64,000 nucleotides of DNA, from contig JAQULM010000001.1 in assembly GCA_028718605.1 (NCBI GenBank), positions 94,693 through 158,692 of the forward strand, written 5' to 3'. Within the stretch, counting starts at the first letter, position 1. The number at the start of each line of letters is the position of its first letter. The position numbers were made by a program, and so were the translations under genes. Source of the DNA: Patescibacteria group bacterium. GTDB lineage: Bacteria; Patescibacteriota; Patescibacteriia; UBA10025; JAHIVO01. This document shows positions 37,988-46,852 of the stretch, piece by piece. The notes under the pieces were generated by a model. It was not told the origin of the DNA. It saw only the letters and a list, made by a program, of their open reading frames with translations, and did no database searches.

Positions 37988-39160
37988 TTATTCTATTAAT
38001 GGGTTAATCGCTGGCAGGCCGTTGCCTTCCAGTAATTTCAGCATTGCGCCGCCCCCTGACGACGCAAATGATACTTTATCGAGGCAACCGGCGCGCTTTA
38101 CAGCATCGAGCGTGTCCCCGCCGCCGATGATTGTCCTCGCGCCTGAGGTACTCAACGCTGTGGCTACTTCTTTCGTGCCGCGTGCAAATTCATTAAGCTC
38201 GTAATAACCCATCGGCCCGCCCCAAACAACGACCTTCGCCTTTGCGATTACCATACTGTACAACCTAACGGTGTCAGGACCAATGTCCAGGATATACTCA
38301 TCGTCACTGACATTGCCAGCGGCTTTTATTTCTGTCGGGACTCCAGTCGCGATTTTTTTTGCAGTCACCACGTCAACCGGCACGTGGAGCCTTGTATCAA
38401 CGAGTGCGAGCTCCTTCGCGACGTCCATCATTTCCTCTTCAAAAATAGATTTACCGATCGCCATGCCTTTTGCCTTGAGAATATTGTTTGCGAGCGCTCC
38501 CCCGAGGCAGACGTGATCGGCAATTTCGAGAAACTTTTTGATAACTTTAATCTTGTCGGAAATTTTTGCTCCCCCAACGAGTGCGACAAGAGGCTTCTGG
38601 GGAGACTCGAGTACGCTCGAGAGCTCGCTGACTTCCTGCTCGAGCCGGAGGCCTGCATACGACGGGAGGTGTTCGGTAACGCCAAGCATTGATGCGTCCT
38701 CCCGATGGCATACGCCAAATGCCTCGTTAACGTAGAGTTCACCGAGGGTGGCGAGTGCTTTCGCAAATTCGGGATTTCCTTTCTTCTCCTCCTTATGAAA
38801 ACGGAGATTCTCAAGCATGATAATATCTCCAGGCATCATTGCCATAACGGCCTTCTCGACATCTGGCCCAACGCAATCAGACAGCATCATAACGGGTTTT
38901 CCCAGCAGCTCACCAAGGCGGACCGCGACTGGCCGAAGCGAAAATTTCTCATCTCCCGGTTCCCCTTTCGGGCGGCCAAGGTGCGCACTGAGGACTAATT
39001 TTGCTTTTTGTTGAAGCAAGTACTGTAGAGTCGGCAAACAAACCTGGATGCGGGTATCATCGGTAATACTGCCAGTATCATCGAGTGGCACGTTGAATTC
39101 ACACCGCACCAAAACTCGCTTATCAGCGACATTCGCCTTACGGACTGATCGTAACTCCAT
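37988..39160 (-). CDS. pgk: phosphoglycerate kinase
   Basis: FNVP, HLGRP, LENLRF, GGAKISDK, GGGDT, SGGGA. Confidence 0.96.
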   Translation of the reverse strand: MELRSVRKANVADKRVLVRCEFNVPLDDTGSITDDTRIQVCLPTLQYLLQQKAKLVLSAHLGRPKGEPGDEKFSLRPVAVRLGELLGKPVMMLSDCVGPDVEKAVMAMMPGDIIMLENLRFHKEEKKGNPEFAKALATLGELYVNEAFGVCHREDASMLGVTEHLPSYAGLRLEQEVSELSSVLESPQKPLVALVGGAKISDKIKVIKKFLEIADHVCLGGALANNILKAKGMAIGKSIFEEEMMDVAKELALVDTRLHVPVDVVTAKKIATGVPTEIKAAGNVSDDEYILDIGPDTVRLYSMVIAKAKVVVWGGPMGYYELNEFARGTKEVATALSTSGARTIIGGGDTLDAVKRAGCLDKVSFASSGGGAMLKLLEGNGLPAINPLIE

Positions 39161-39273
39161 AGGCCGAATAGAGTTAATGTTCTTTCGTGATGTGAGATTA
39201 ATTATACAATATTTTTTCTCCATTCACAATAGCAAAATAACCGGGAATCGCCTTTCTCTCCTGGCGCATACCA

Positions 39274-39531
39274 TTACTTTTTGCCTCGTATTGAAACAAC
39301 TGAAATCGAATTGGACGCTGTTTTTTTGATAATCAACCGCGCCTTCGCAGCGACGGTATTTTTCCTTACTAAATTGAAATTGAATTTCAAATTTTGCGGG
39401 GTTATCGCTTGTCCATGCTGGACAAGAGTGCCCAGGCGCACCGTAACGCTCGTGATTTGCTTCAAATCGCGCAGTGCGGCCGTATGGACAGCTGTTTTCA
39501 GTATATCCTGCGCTGCAATTAAATCATGCAT
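39274..39531 (-). CDS. hypA: HypA-like nickel metallochaperone, lacking Zn-finger cysteines
   Basis: MHDL start; ITSVTVRLG; LKFNF..NT.AAKARLII; 85 aa, no Cys. Confidence 0.75.
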   Translation of the reverse strand: MHDLIAAQDILKTAVHTAALRDLKQITSVTVRLGTLVQHGQAITPQNLKFNFNLVRKNTVAAKARLIIKKTASNSISVVSIRGKK

Positions 39532-39598
39532 ACCATCTCTCCTGCGGCTTGCCGCGTTCAATACGTATTCTGCGGTTCCAATGAAATACGCCTTCCCC

Positions 39599-39736
39599 TT
39601 ACAACTCTTCGTCTGATTTATCAGCTCTTTTCTCCGGTTCCGTATCGCCTGCTGCATGCTCGTCGGTATCGTTCGTATCTAATGGCTCACCACGCTCACT
39701 GTCTGGCTCATGGAATGGTGATAATCGTTCAGGCAT
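39599..39736 (-). CDS. small acidic protein (45 aa)
   Basis: Manual translation MPERLSPFHEPDSERGEPLDTNDTDEHAAGDTEPEKRADKSDEEL. Confidence 0.45.
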   Translation of the reverse strand: MPERLSPFHEPDSERGEPLDTNDTDEHAAGDTEPEKRADKSDEEL

Positions 39737-39763
39737 ACAATACAAAAGTTTATGTCCTCATCG

Positions 39764-40171
39764 CTAGTGCGTCGCACACGTCATGCACGGATCGTACGCA
39801 CGGATGAGGGTACCGAGTTTACGCGCATCGGGAGCATGTCGCCGGGCAGCACGTAAGTAGTGCTCCAAGTCAACCTCGAGATTGTTAATCATTTGCGCGG
39901 TCGGGGTAATAATATTTACATTTTTTAAAATACCAAGCCGATCTGTTTCGTAGTAATGCAGTAAAATTCCGCGCGGCGTTTCTATCGCAGCGACGGTATT
40001 TTTCCTTACTAAATTGAAATTGAATTTCAAATTTTGCGGGGTTATCGCTTGTCCATGCTGGACAAGAGTGCCCAGGCGCACCGTAACGCTCGTGATTTGC
40101 TTCAAATCGCGCAGTGCGGCTGTATTGACAGCCGTTTTCAGTATATCCTGCGCTGCAATTAAATCATGCAT
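39764..40171 (-). CDS. chimeric HypA N-terminus / hydrogenase large-subunit C-terminus
   Basis: In-frame fusion ...RKNTVAA|IETPRG...YDPCMTCATH. Confidence 0.75.
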   Translation of the reverse strand: MHDLIAAQDILKTAVNTAALRDLKQITSVTVRLGTLVQHGQAITPQNLKFNFNLVRKNTVAAIETPRGILLHYYETDRLGILKNVNIITPTAQMINNLEVDLEHYLRAARRHAPDARKLGTLIRAYDPCMTCATH

Positions 40172-40200
40172 ACGACTAAAAACTCGGCCAATGAATCAAA

Positions 40201-40785
40201 TTAGATATGTTCTTTTATTACTCCCTTCCCTGATTCAATGATATGTTCTTTCAAAAATGCTTCTACCACATCTACATTGTCTGGATTTGTGTACAAGGAC
40301 AAATAGGGGCTCATCTTTAAATTCGTATTAGCCCAACGCAAAAGAAACATTACGCCATGCCCTTTTATAACCGCCTTTGTTGCCATGCTATATATACCAG
40401 AACTGACACCAGTCATAACTGGTGTTACTCCATATGAAGCTTTTACTGGGGCGTTAAGCTTCGCCATTCTTTCATACGTCGTCAGATGGTCAAATTCCGA
40501 CCACACATGTTTTTCCTTCTTCTGCCCATACTGAATGCACACACCTTCATTATTTAATTCAATATCCATGCCTTGTCTGTATTTTCGAAATAAAGCTAAA
40601 TATAAAATTGTTGATAATAGCACGGCAATGGCAACCGTCACAACAACTCCAAACCAGCCCCATAGTTTTGGCCCCAGAATTATTAAAACTGTACCAATAA
40701 TCCAAGTGCATACTACTGCTACGATTGCAGGGCGCTGCCTTTCTTTAAAAACTTCCTTTGAAATTGAGTATTTTATTTCGGTCAT
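40201..40785 (-). CDS. hypothetical 2-TM protein (possible PH-like soluble domain)
   Basis: Two TMs then IELNNEGV...W; AT-rich. Confidence 0.7.
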   Translation of the reverse strand: MTEIKYSISKEVFKERQRPAIVAVVCTWIIGTVLIILGPKLWGWFGVVVTVAIAVLLSTILYLALFRKYRQGMDIELNNEGVCIQYGQKKEKHVWSEFDHLTTYERMAKLNAPVKASYGVTPVMTGVSSGIYSMATKAVIKGHGVMFLLRWANTNLKMSPYLSLYTNPDNVDVVEAFLKEHIIESGKGVIKEHI

Positions 40786-40809
40786 AGTACTATCAGATTA
40801 TTTTATTTA

Positions 40810-42066
40810 CTAATGTGTTGCACACGTCATACACGGATCGTACGCACGGATGAGGGTACCGAGTTTACGCGCATCGGGAGCATGTCGCCGGGCAGCACGT
40901 AAGTAGTGCTCCAAGTCAACCTCGAGATTGTTAATCATTTGCGCGGTCGGGGTAATAATATTTACATTTTTTAAAATACCAAGCCGATCTGTTTCGTAGT
41001 AATGCAGTAAAATTCCGCGCGGCGCTTCTATCGCACCGACGCCCTTACCAGCACGAACGGTATACGCCGCCATCGGCTTTTGGTGTTTCATACGGAGATA
41101 CTGGGCGAGAAGTTTCTGAGTTTCTTCAACGCAGTGAATCAGCTCGACTCCCTGGCACCATACGTTATAGAACGGATTGTCGATCGGCATGCGGTGCCCG
41201 AGGTGCCGGAATGCCTGCCGCGCGATTGGATTCAGCTGGCGCCAGTTGTTGTTGACGCGCGAGAGCGCACCGACAAAATACGCTTCGCCTTTGTGTGTCG
41301 TCCGTTTAACATAATCATCGTCAGACTGGATTTCACGAACATGCCTCATGAATAACGATGGTTGCTGGCGTAATCCGTTTGTCGAAACAACTGCTGTTCC
41401 GTCATAGATCGAATATTCACGGGAAGACCGGAGGCTAATGTATTCAGTTTTCCGGTGGAAATCGGGGAATTTCAGATGTGAAATAAAATGAGCAAGCTCC
41501 ACTACCCCCATCATCACTTCCTGGCTGTCCGCAAGCAGCAATTCCAGCACGCGCCGGTTAGGGAGCTTTAAGAAACCGCCAACCTGTGAATTAACCGGAT
41601 GCAAGTTTCTGCCGCCGATGGCGTGTGATATGCGGTTTCCGTAATCACGGATTTTGAGCGCCAGCGCGCTCTGCTTCGGAGCAATGGCAAGCAAATCCAG
41701 CGCTGAATCCTTTCCGTAGAAATCTGGAATCGCCATGAAGTACGCGTGAACTGCGTGGCTCGTAATCGTCTGGGCGAGCATCATTAATTTGCGCAAAACA
41801 ACCGTACCCGGCGACACGCAGACGCGCATGGCGTTTTCCAGCGCTTTAATCGCTGTTAAATTGTGGACGATCGGGCACACGCCGCAAATCCGTGCCGTGA
41901 CGAGTGGCGCGTCCATGTAATTCCTGCCGATCAAGATGCCTTCGATAAGCCGCGCGCCCTCAAGCGTCAAATAACGCGCTTCGGGGATATTCCCCTTCTT
42001 GAGCGCTCCCCAGAACGTAGCGTGGCCCTCAATCCGCGTGACATGTTTGATAGTGACTGTCTTCAT
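40810..42066 (-). CDS. [NiFe]-hydrogenase large subunit, group 3b-like
   Basis: TRIEGH, RICGVCP (L1), EAPRG, YDPCMTCATH-stop (L2). Confidence 0.95.
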   Translation of the reverse strand: MKTVTIKHVTRIEGHATFWGALKKGNIPEARYLTLEGARLIEGILIGRNYMDAPLVTARICGVCPIVHNLTAIKALENAMRVCVSPGTVVLRKLMMLAQTITSHAVHAYFMAIPDFYGKDSALDLLAIAPKQSALALKIRDYGNRISHAIGGRNLHPVNSQVGGFLKLPNRRVLELLLADSQEVMMGVVELAHFISHLKFPDFHRKTEYISLRSSREYSIYDGTAVVSTNGLRQQPSLFMRHVREIQSDDDYVKRTTHKGEAYFVGALSRVNNNWRQLNPIARQAFRHLGHRMPIDNPFYNVWCQGVELIHCVEETQKLLAQYLRMKHQKPMAAYTVRAGKGVGAIEAPRGILLHYYETDRLGILKNVNIITPTAQMINNLEVDLEHYLRAARRHAPDARKLGTLIRAYDPCMTCATH

Positions 42067-42869
42067 GTTTTTTTCTGGCTGTTATACCATTCTTCCTGTA
42101 TCCCAAACACCTGCAGTATCCGCTCTAAATTTTTCCTGCTGGTGCCTTTTAAAATCTGCTGTTCAAGCTGTGCGCTGCTGTATCCGGCCAATAATCCGCG
42201 GCACCCTTTGCAGAAAAACTTTAAATTCAGGCAGACGGCATCGCACCCGCCGCGCGTCACGGGCCCGAGGCACGGCTCTCCTTTTTGCAACAGGCACTCG
42301 TTGCCGTTCAACTGGCACTCATAGCAAACAGGGTTCTCTAAAAGCCTTGGGTTGATTCCTTCGCGAACTGCGTTCAACACGGCAATCACGTCCCTGCCGT
42401 CGGGCGGGCATCCGGGAAGGCAAAAATCCACGTTAACATACTTCCGGAGCGGCAGAATGTCCATATTATCAACCTGCTTCCAGGTTTTCGGGTACTGGTA
42501 CCGCACTGCTTTCCCTTTATCAATATAATTTTTAATATTGGGAATCACGCCCTGGCATGCGCATGCGCCGTACGCTACTAAGATTTTTGTCCGTTTCCGC
42601 GCTTCTTTCAGGGCTGCGATGTTCTTTTTTGTTAATGGCGCTCCTTCGATAAAGGTAACGTCATACTGTGCCTTCTTGTTTTTCTCGTCCATGATCAGGA
42701 AAAAATCGCCAAGCTCAAAATGATCGACCGCGGCGATGAATTCCGCGCCCATGTCAATCGCGGTCACCGAGCAGCCGTCGCACGACGTGAGACCGACGAT
42801 CGCGACGCGCAGCTTCCGACGCTTTGAGTAATGAGCGGAGGCGTTCATTTTTGAACTATGGTTTTTCAT
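42063..42869 (-). CDS. [NiFe]-hydrogenase small (delta) subunit
   Basis: SCDGC, EG, GACA..G, PGCPP, CYEC..CL..CLGP..GC.A.C..CKGCRG. Confidence 0.93.
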   Translation of the reverse strand: MKNHSSKMNASAHYSKRRKLRVAIVGLTSCDGCSVTAIDMGAEFIAAVDHFELGDFFLIMDEKNKKAQYDVTFIEGAPLTKKNIAALKEARKRTKILVAYGACACQGVIPNIKNYIDKGKAVRYQYPKTWKQVDNMDILPLRKYVNVDFCLPGCPPDGRDVIAVLNAVREGINPRLLENPVCYECQLNGNECLLQKGEPCLGPVTRGGCDAVCLNLKFFCKGCRGLLAGYSSAQLEQQILKGTSRKNLERILQVFGIQEEWYNSQKKT

Positions 42870-43738
42870 TTGAACGAGATAGGTGGGATTTCGGAATCAA
42901 GCTTCTTAACGCATAAGTACGCGGCGGTGTACGCCATCGCATCACAAATATCAGCTGCGGTGATCGTCTCACCCCGGAGAGCTTCTAACTCATTGAATAC
43001 TTCTGCCGTTTCAAAATAATCTTCGGTCGGGCCACAGCTCGCCCGGTATGTGGCATTATCCGACTCAAGCAATGCGAGGGCATCCCCATCCGCATCGAGG
43101 GCTCGGAGGTACGCTTCCGCGAACGGCTTCCACTGCCGACATATATCCAGCATTTCTTGACGCAACGCCGGTTTGTCCTGAATGGAAAGATTGCCTGACC
43201 AAATATTTATGCAAAACGTATCGGAGAAAAAACGATCGTCAATTTTTCCCGACGAGATCGGATTGTAGCAGTTTTTCACTTCATCGGCATCGCTGTATGA
43301 ATCACCGTCAGAATCAGCCTTAAGATCACTCGTCCCATAATACCCTTCGAGCAGGTCGTTCATTCCATCCTCGTCCTCGTCCAGTGGCAGGTCGATGGCA
43401 TTGGTATTGGCGAGGGAATTTGTGTTAAGTCCAGTATTGTCGTTCAACATGATGCCGCCGTTGGTATTTTTATTCGAGGAAGTATTTGTATTCCGGTTCT
43501 GTGACGGCTGCGAATTGCTGTTTGCCTCCTGATTCTGGTTTGCAACAACCAGGTTTTCATTGTTCGAATTCGCATTACCCTTCGCGAAAAAGAAATAGTA
43601 CGCCGCGCCAGCACCAGCAATGACCACGATCCCGATAAGAATGATGAGCAACATCTTCGAATTGTTTTTCTCCGCCGGCGTCAGCGGCGCCTGGCGGTAC
43701 TGCGCTGGCGGCACCTTGATGATGGGGTTTATTTCCAT
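42866..43738 (-). CDS. membrane-anchored protein with Asn-rich linker and DxDxDG repeats
   Basis: One TM, N-rich stretch, DEDEDG / DSDGDSYSD. Confidence 0.75.
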   Translation of the reverse strand: MEINPIIKVPPAQYRQAPLTPAEKNNSKMLLIILIGIVVIAGAGAAYYFFFAKGNANSNNENLVVANQNQEANSNSQPSQNRNTNTSSNKNTNGGIMLNDNTGLNTNSLANTNAIDLPLDEDEDGMNDLLEGYYGTSDLKADSDGDSYSDADEVKNCYNPISSGKIDDRFFSDTFCINIWSGNLSIQDKPALRQEMLDICRQWKPFAEAYLRALDADGDALALLESDNATYRASCGPTEDYFETAEVFNELEALRGETITAADICDAMAYTAAYLCVKKLDSEIPPISFK

Positions 43739-43941
43739 ACATTTTGAATTAGTTGTAAACGTTTCAAGGCTTCTCTTTGGGGAATTGCACCGACCGCATA
43801 TCCATTTTCAGACATGACCCAGTTTCCCTTTTTTGCATGTGGCAGCAGCCGCACGTCGAGAGCGTGGGTCTTTTTGCCGCACTGGACGCGGGCCGTCGCA
43901 CCTTTGATTGATAGTATCTTATGTGGAATGGCGAGGCACAT
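43729..43941 (-). CDS. hypC: hydrogenase maturation chaperone HypC
   Basis: MCLAIP N-terminus, 70 aa. Confidence 0.88.
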   Translation of the reverse strand: MCLAIPHKILSIKGATARVQCGKKTHALDVRLLPHAKKGNWVMSENGYAVGAIPQREALKRLQLIQNVWK

Positions 43942-43961
43942 AGTTTAAATCGTTTGAGTTT

Positions 43962-44057
43962 GTGTTGGCGCTGCGCGTATCGTTATACGATCGGATCCTT
44001 AACCTCAGACGACACCTTTATATCCTGCCGATACAAGCGGCAACACCGCAACCGTTA
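43962..44057. repeat. imperfect palindromic element, copy A
   Basis: Flanks similar to 46755-46852 (CGCTGC.CGTATCGT.ATACG and CCGATAC..GCGGC.A.ACCGC.ACCGTTA). Confidence 0.7.
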
Positions 44058-44074
44058 TACGCCACTTCGACTAG

Positions 44075-44869
44075 CTAACTCTGAAAGATTACTTTCGCTT
44101 CTTTCGGAAATTTTATTTTTTTCAAATCCTCTTCCTGCCACAGGCGCTGGAAATCAACGCCGAGCTTCGACTGTTCAATAATCTTGCCTGCCATGTCAAC
44201 CCTGAAAAAAGATTCTTTCGCATAATCGATGTTTTTCCCGAAAACCTGCCGGGATAGTTTCTGGACAAACGCCTTGCCATTTTGCCTGCGCTGCAAGCTT
44301 CGTGCGAGATCTCGCAATACGGGGGTGGAAGCAACCGCGAGTACAACGCCGAAATGGTGGAATACTACTGAACCAACGCGTACCGTAAGTTCTCTGGGGA
44401 CGAGCACGTGTGAAAACTTGACCCGTGCGCCAGTAACAGTTACTTCAATATCGGCGAGCTGCCGCTGCTCAACGCTCCGGCACTGTTTGGCCGTGCCAAT
44501 CGTGAGCAAATGCGCGAGCGCGTACGCTGGCTGCATCTGGAGGTGCTCGAGATTCTCTTCAATCGCGTCAGCATGGTCAAGCGCGTAACATTCGAGCAAA
44601 TCAGCTCCGGTGATCACCCGTATTCCTTTCCGCTGCGCAAACCGGGCGGCTTGCGACGGAAACGCGGTGATGATGTGCGGTGATATGTCAGTGAGCGATA
44701 CCGGCTTACCGGTTAAAAATTTCGCGAGGTTGATGTCCGATTTGCATCCGGGGTGCAGAAACGCACGAACGAGTATTTCCACCGCTTCCGGCTCAAAGAT
44801 AATTGTTCCGAAATTCTTGAACGCGAGGCGCCGCGCCTTTTCAAGGTTTTTAATGATCTCGCGCGCCAT
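44075..44869 (-). CDS. hypothetical hydrogenase-associated protein
   Basis: Start re-called MAREII; VRVGSVVFHHFG resembles a HypC-like OB strand; upstream of hypC. Confidence 0.65.
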   Translation of the reverse strand: MAREIIKNLEKARRLAFKNFGTIIFEPEAVEILVRAFLHPGCKSDINLAKFLTGKPVSLTDISPHIITAFPSQAARFAQRKGIRVITGADLLECYALDHADAIEENLEHLQMQPAYALAHLLTIGTAKQCRSVEQRQLADIEVTVTGARVKFSHVLVPRELTVRVGSVVFHHFGVVLAVASTPVLRDLARSLQRRQNGKAFVQKLSRQVFGKNIDYAKESFFRVDMAGKIIEQSKLGVDFQRLWQEEDLKKIKFPKEAKVIFQS

Positions 44870-45767
44870 ACGATTGGGATGATGGCAACAGGCGCAAGCG
44901 GCGGATTCCAACAATACTCACAACACCGGCGACCATAAACGCCATGCCGACCCACTGTAGGGAATGTATTGATACCGTGCCCTGCGCAATCAACGTGACA
45001 ACAGACGTTATCGGTGCCCCAAGCGCCAGCACCGCAGTCGCAACCGACGCCCGTACATATTTTAAGCCGGTATAGAACGTAAACACGTAGCCGAATAAAA
45101 ACGCGGATGCAATAGCAATCCATTTCCAATGCTCGGCGGTGTACGAAAATATACTGCCAGCCTGGCCTGTTACTGCTAAAAATCCAAAAATAATGACTGA
45201 ACCCAGAAACATTCGCCCCCACATAACAATGCGCGGGGATAGTGTATTCAGCGTTCGTTTTGCAATTACGATTTCAGCGGCCCACATCAGCGTGGCGAGG
45301 AACACCAGACAGTCTCCCCAGTTCAATGCCTGTGGCCCGATGCCAAGGAATAAAATACTGCCGACGACCAACGCGGCTAAACCAATCAACAAACTCTTGT
45401 TTATTTTCTCTTTCAAAAACACGATTGCCAGAAAACTGACGTACAGAAACATCGTCTTGTGGATGAACCCGCCCTTTGCTGCGGATGTCAACGAGAGCCC
45501 TTTGAAAAACAGCAGGAACGGCACTGAACCGCCGATCACGCCGATCAGCGTAAGCTTAAGCCAGTCTTTCCCTTTCAAACGAATGATGTCCCGCCATTCT
45601 TTCGCACACAAAACAACGGCGCATAATCCGAGCGCCACGATCACGTTCTTTAAACCGGTAAACACGTATGGGTTCGCAAACTTTACGCCGATTGAGTTGA
45701 CGTAAATCGATACGCCGGATATCACGGCGGTCGCGAGTACAAAGAGGATGCCTTTTCGTTCGTTCAT
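44850..45767 (-). CDS. DMT/EamA family transporter
   Basis: About 10 TM; LAIVFLKEK repeat pattern. Confidence 0.9.
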   Translation of the reverse strand: MNERKGILFVLATAVISGVSIYVNSIGVKFANPYVFTGLKNVIVALGLCAVVLCAKEWRDIIRLKGKDWLKLTLIGVIGGSVPFLLFFKGLSLTSAAKGGFIHKTMFLYVSFLAIVFLKEKINKSLLIGLAALVVGSILFLGIGPQALNWGDCLVFLATLMWAAEIVIAKRTLNTLSPRIVMWGRMFLGSVIIFGFLAVTGQAGSIFSYTAEHWKWIAIASAFLFGYVFTFYTGLKYVRASVATAVLALGAPITSVVTLIAQGTVSIHSLQWVGMAFMVAGVVSIVGIRRLRLLPSSQSYGARDH

Positions 45768-45780
45768 ATTCCGAGCAACG

Positions 45781-45906
45781 ATTAAATTTCCAATTACCAA
45801 ATCCTAATACCCAATCAATGTCCAATGAGGAAAAAACCAATGACTAATTGGTGAATTGAATATTGGGGAATTCATTGGAAATTGGATATTGGTCATTGAA
45901 TATTAT
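45781..45906. repeat. inverted short-period (CCAAT/ATTGG) repeat element without cargo
   Basis: Same motif style as the flanks of the four-helix-bundle gene at 58.4-59.0 kb. Confidence 0.65.
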
Positions 45907-46736
45907 TTATACTGCACTGTATCTTTCAATTGCGCATAGGTAAAGACAGGGCCGTCTTTGCACACGTAGTACGGCCCGATCGCGCAATGCTGGCACGTCC
46001 CCAGGCCCGCGCAGTGCATCCGGCGTTCAAGCGACAAGTAAATGCTTTCATCCGAATAACCAACGTTCTGCACTTCGGGCACAACAAACTTGAACATGAT
46101 GGGCGGCCCGCACAGCACAGCAACGCCGTTTTTCACGACATCCGCTTTTTTAAACAGGACAGTTATCACACCTTTGTAGCACGAAATTGGGCCAATTGTC
46201 GTATCAGTGCCCTGGTCCATGGACATGGTAATAGTAAACATTTTTCCGAGCTTTTTCATTTCTGATTTAAAGAGAATCGCGCCAAGGTCACGGCACCCGT
46301 ACAGCAATTGAACCTGGCGGTGTTCTGTATCAAGCAGGTTCCGGTTAATTAAATAGTGCAGCAACGAACGCAGCGGCACGAGGCCTAGCCCGCCCGCGAT
46401 GAGTAGGATATTTTTCTTCTCAAATTTCTTGAGGTCGAAACCGTTGCCGTACGGTCCGCGGACGCCAAACGTATCGCCTGCTTTCAGCTCATGGAACTTG
46501 CCCGTTACCCTGCCGACGTTCATCACGGCGATATCGTACGTGTTTTTTTCGGTTAACGATTCGGCAGGCACGAAAACCGATTCGCCGAATCCTGGCAGTG
46601 AGAATACGAAAAACTGGCCAGGATTATATACAAGCGCACCACCGCTTTTCAACTTGAACCTGAACGATTTCACGTTCGGCGTCTGTTGCTCTGTTCCAGT
46701 AATTTTCGCTTCTTGTGTTTGGTAGGGATTCAGCAT
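45903..46736 (-). CDS. sulfhydrogenase-type gamma subunit (FAD/NAD(P), 2Fe-2S)
   Basis: PGQF, RGPYGNGF, AGGLG.VP, CGPPIM, ERRMHCAGLGTCQHC..CKDGPVF. Confidence 0.92.
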   Translation of the reverse strand: MLNPYQTQEAKITGTEQQTPNVKSFRFKLKSGGALVYNPGQFFVFSLPGFGESVFVPAESLTEKNTYDIAVMNVGRVTGKFHELKAGDTFGVRGPYGNGFDLKKFEKKNILLIAGGLGLVPLRSLLHYLINRNLLDTEHRQVQLLYGCRDLGAILFKSEMKKLGKMFTITMSMDQGTDTTIGPISCYKGVITVLFKKADVVKNGVAVLCGPPIMFKFVVPEVQNVGYSDESIYLSLERRMHCAGLGTCQHCAIGPYYVCKDGPVFTYAQLKDTVQYK

Positions 46737-46754
46737 GATGATTAGGTTGAGGTG

Positions 46755-46852
46755 GCGTTTTCGCTGCTCGTATCGTAATACGGTTCCGTACTGCGGCTTT
46801 ATGCCGATAGCCACAAACGACACCGATACGGGCGGCGATACCGCTACCGTTA
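46755..46852. repeat. imperfect palindromic element, copy B
   Basis: Flanks match copy A at 43962-44057. Confidence 0.7.

Larger units (their letters stand above)
39345..40171. repeat. 187-bp direct repeat (39345-39531 and 39985-40171)
   Basis: hypA 5' region duplicated at offset 640 with 3 substitutions seen. Confidence 0.95.
39764..41035. repeat. 226-bp direct repeat (39764-39989 and 40810-41035)
   Basis: 3' end of large-subunit gene duplicated at offset 1046 with 5 substitutions seen. Confidence 0.95.
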
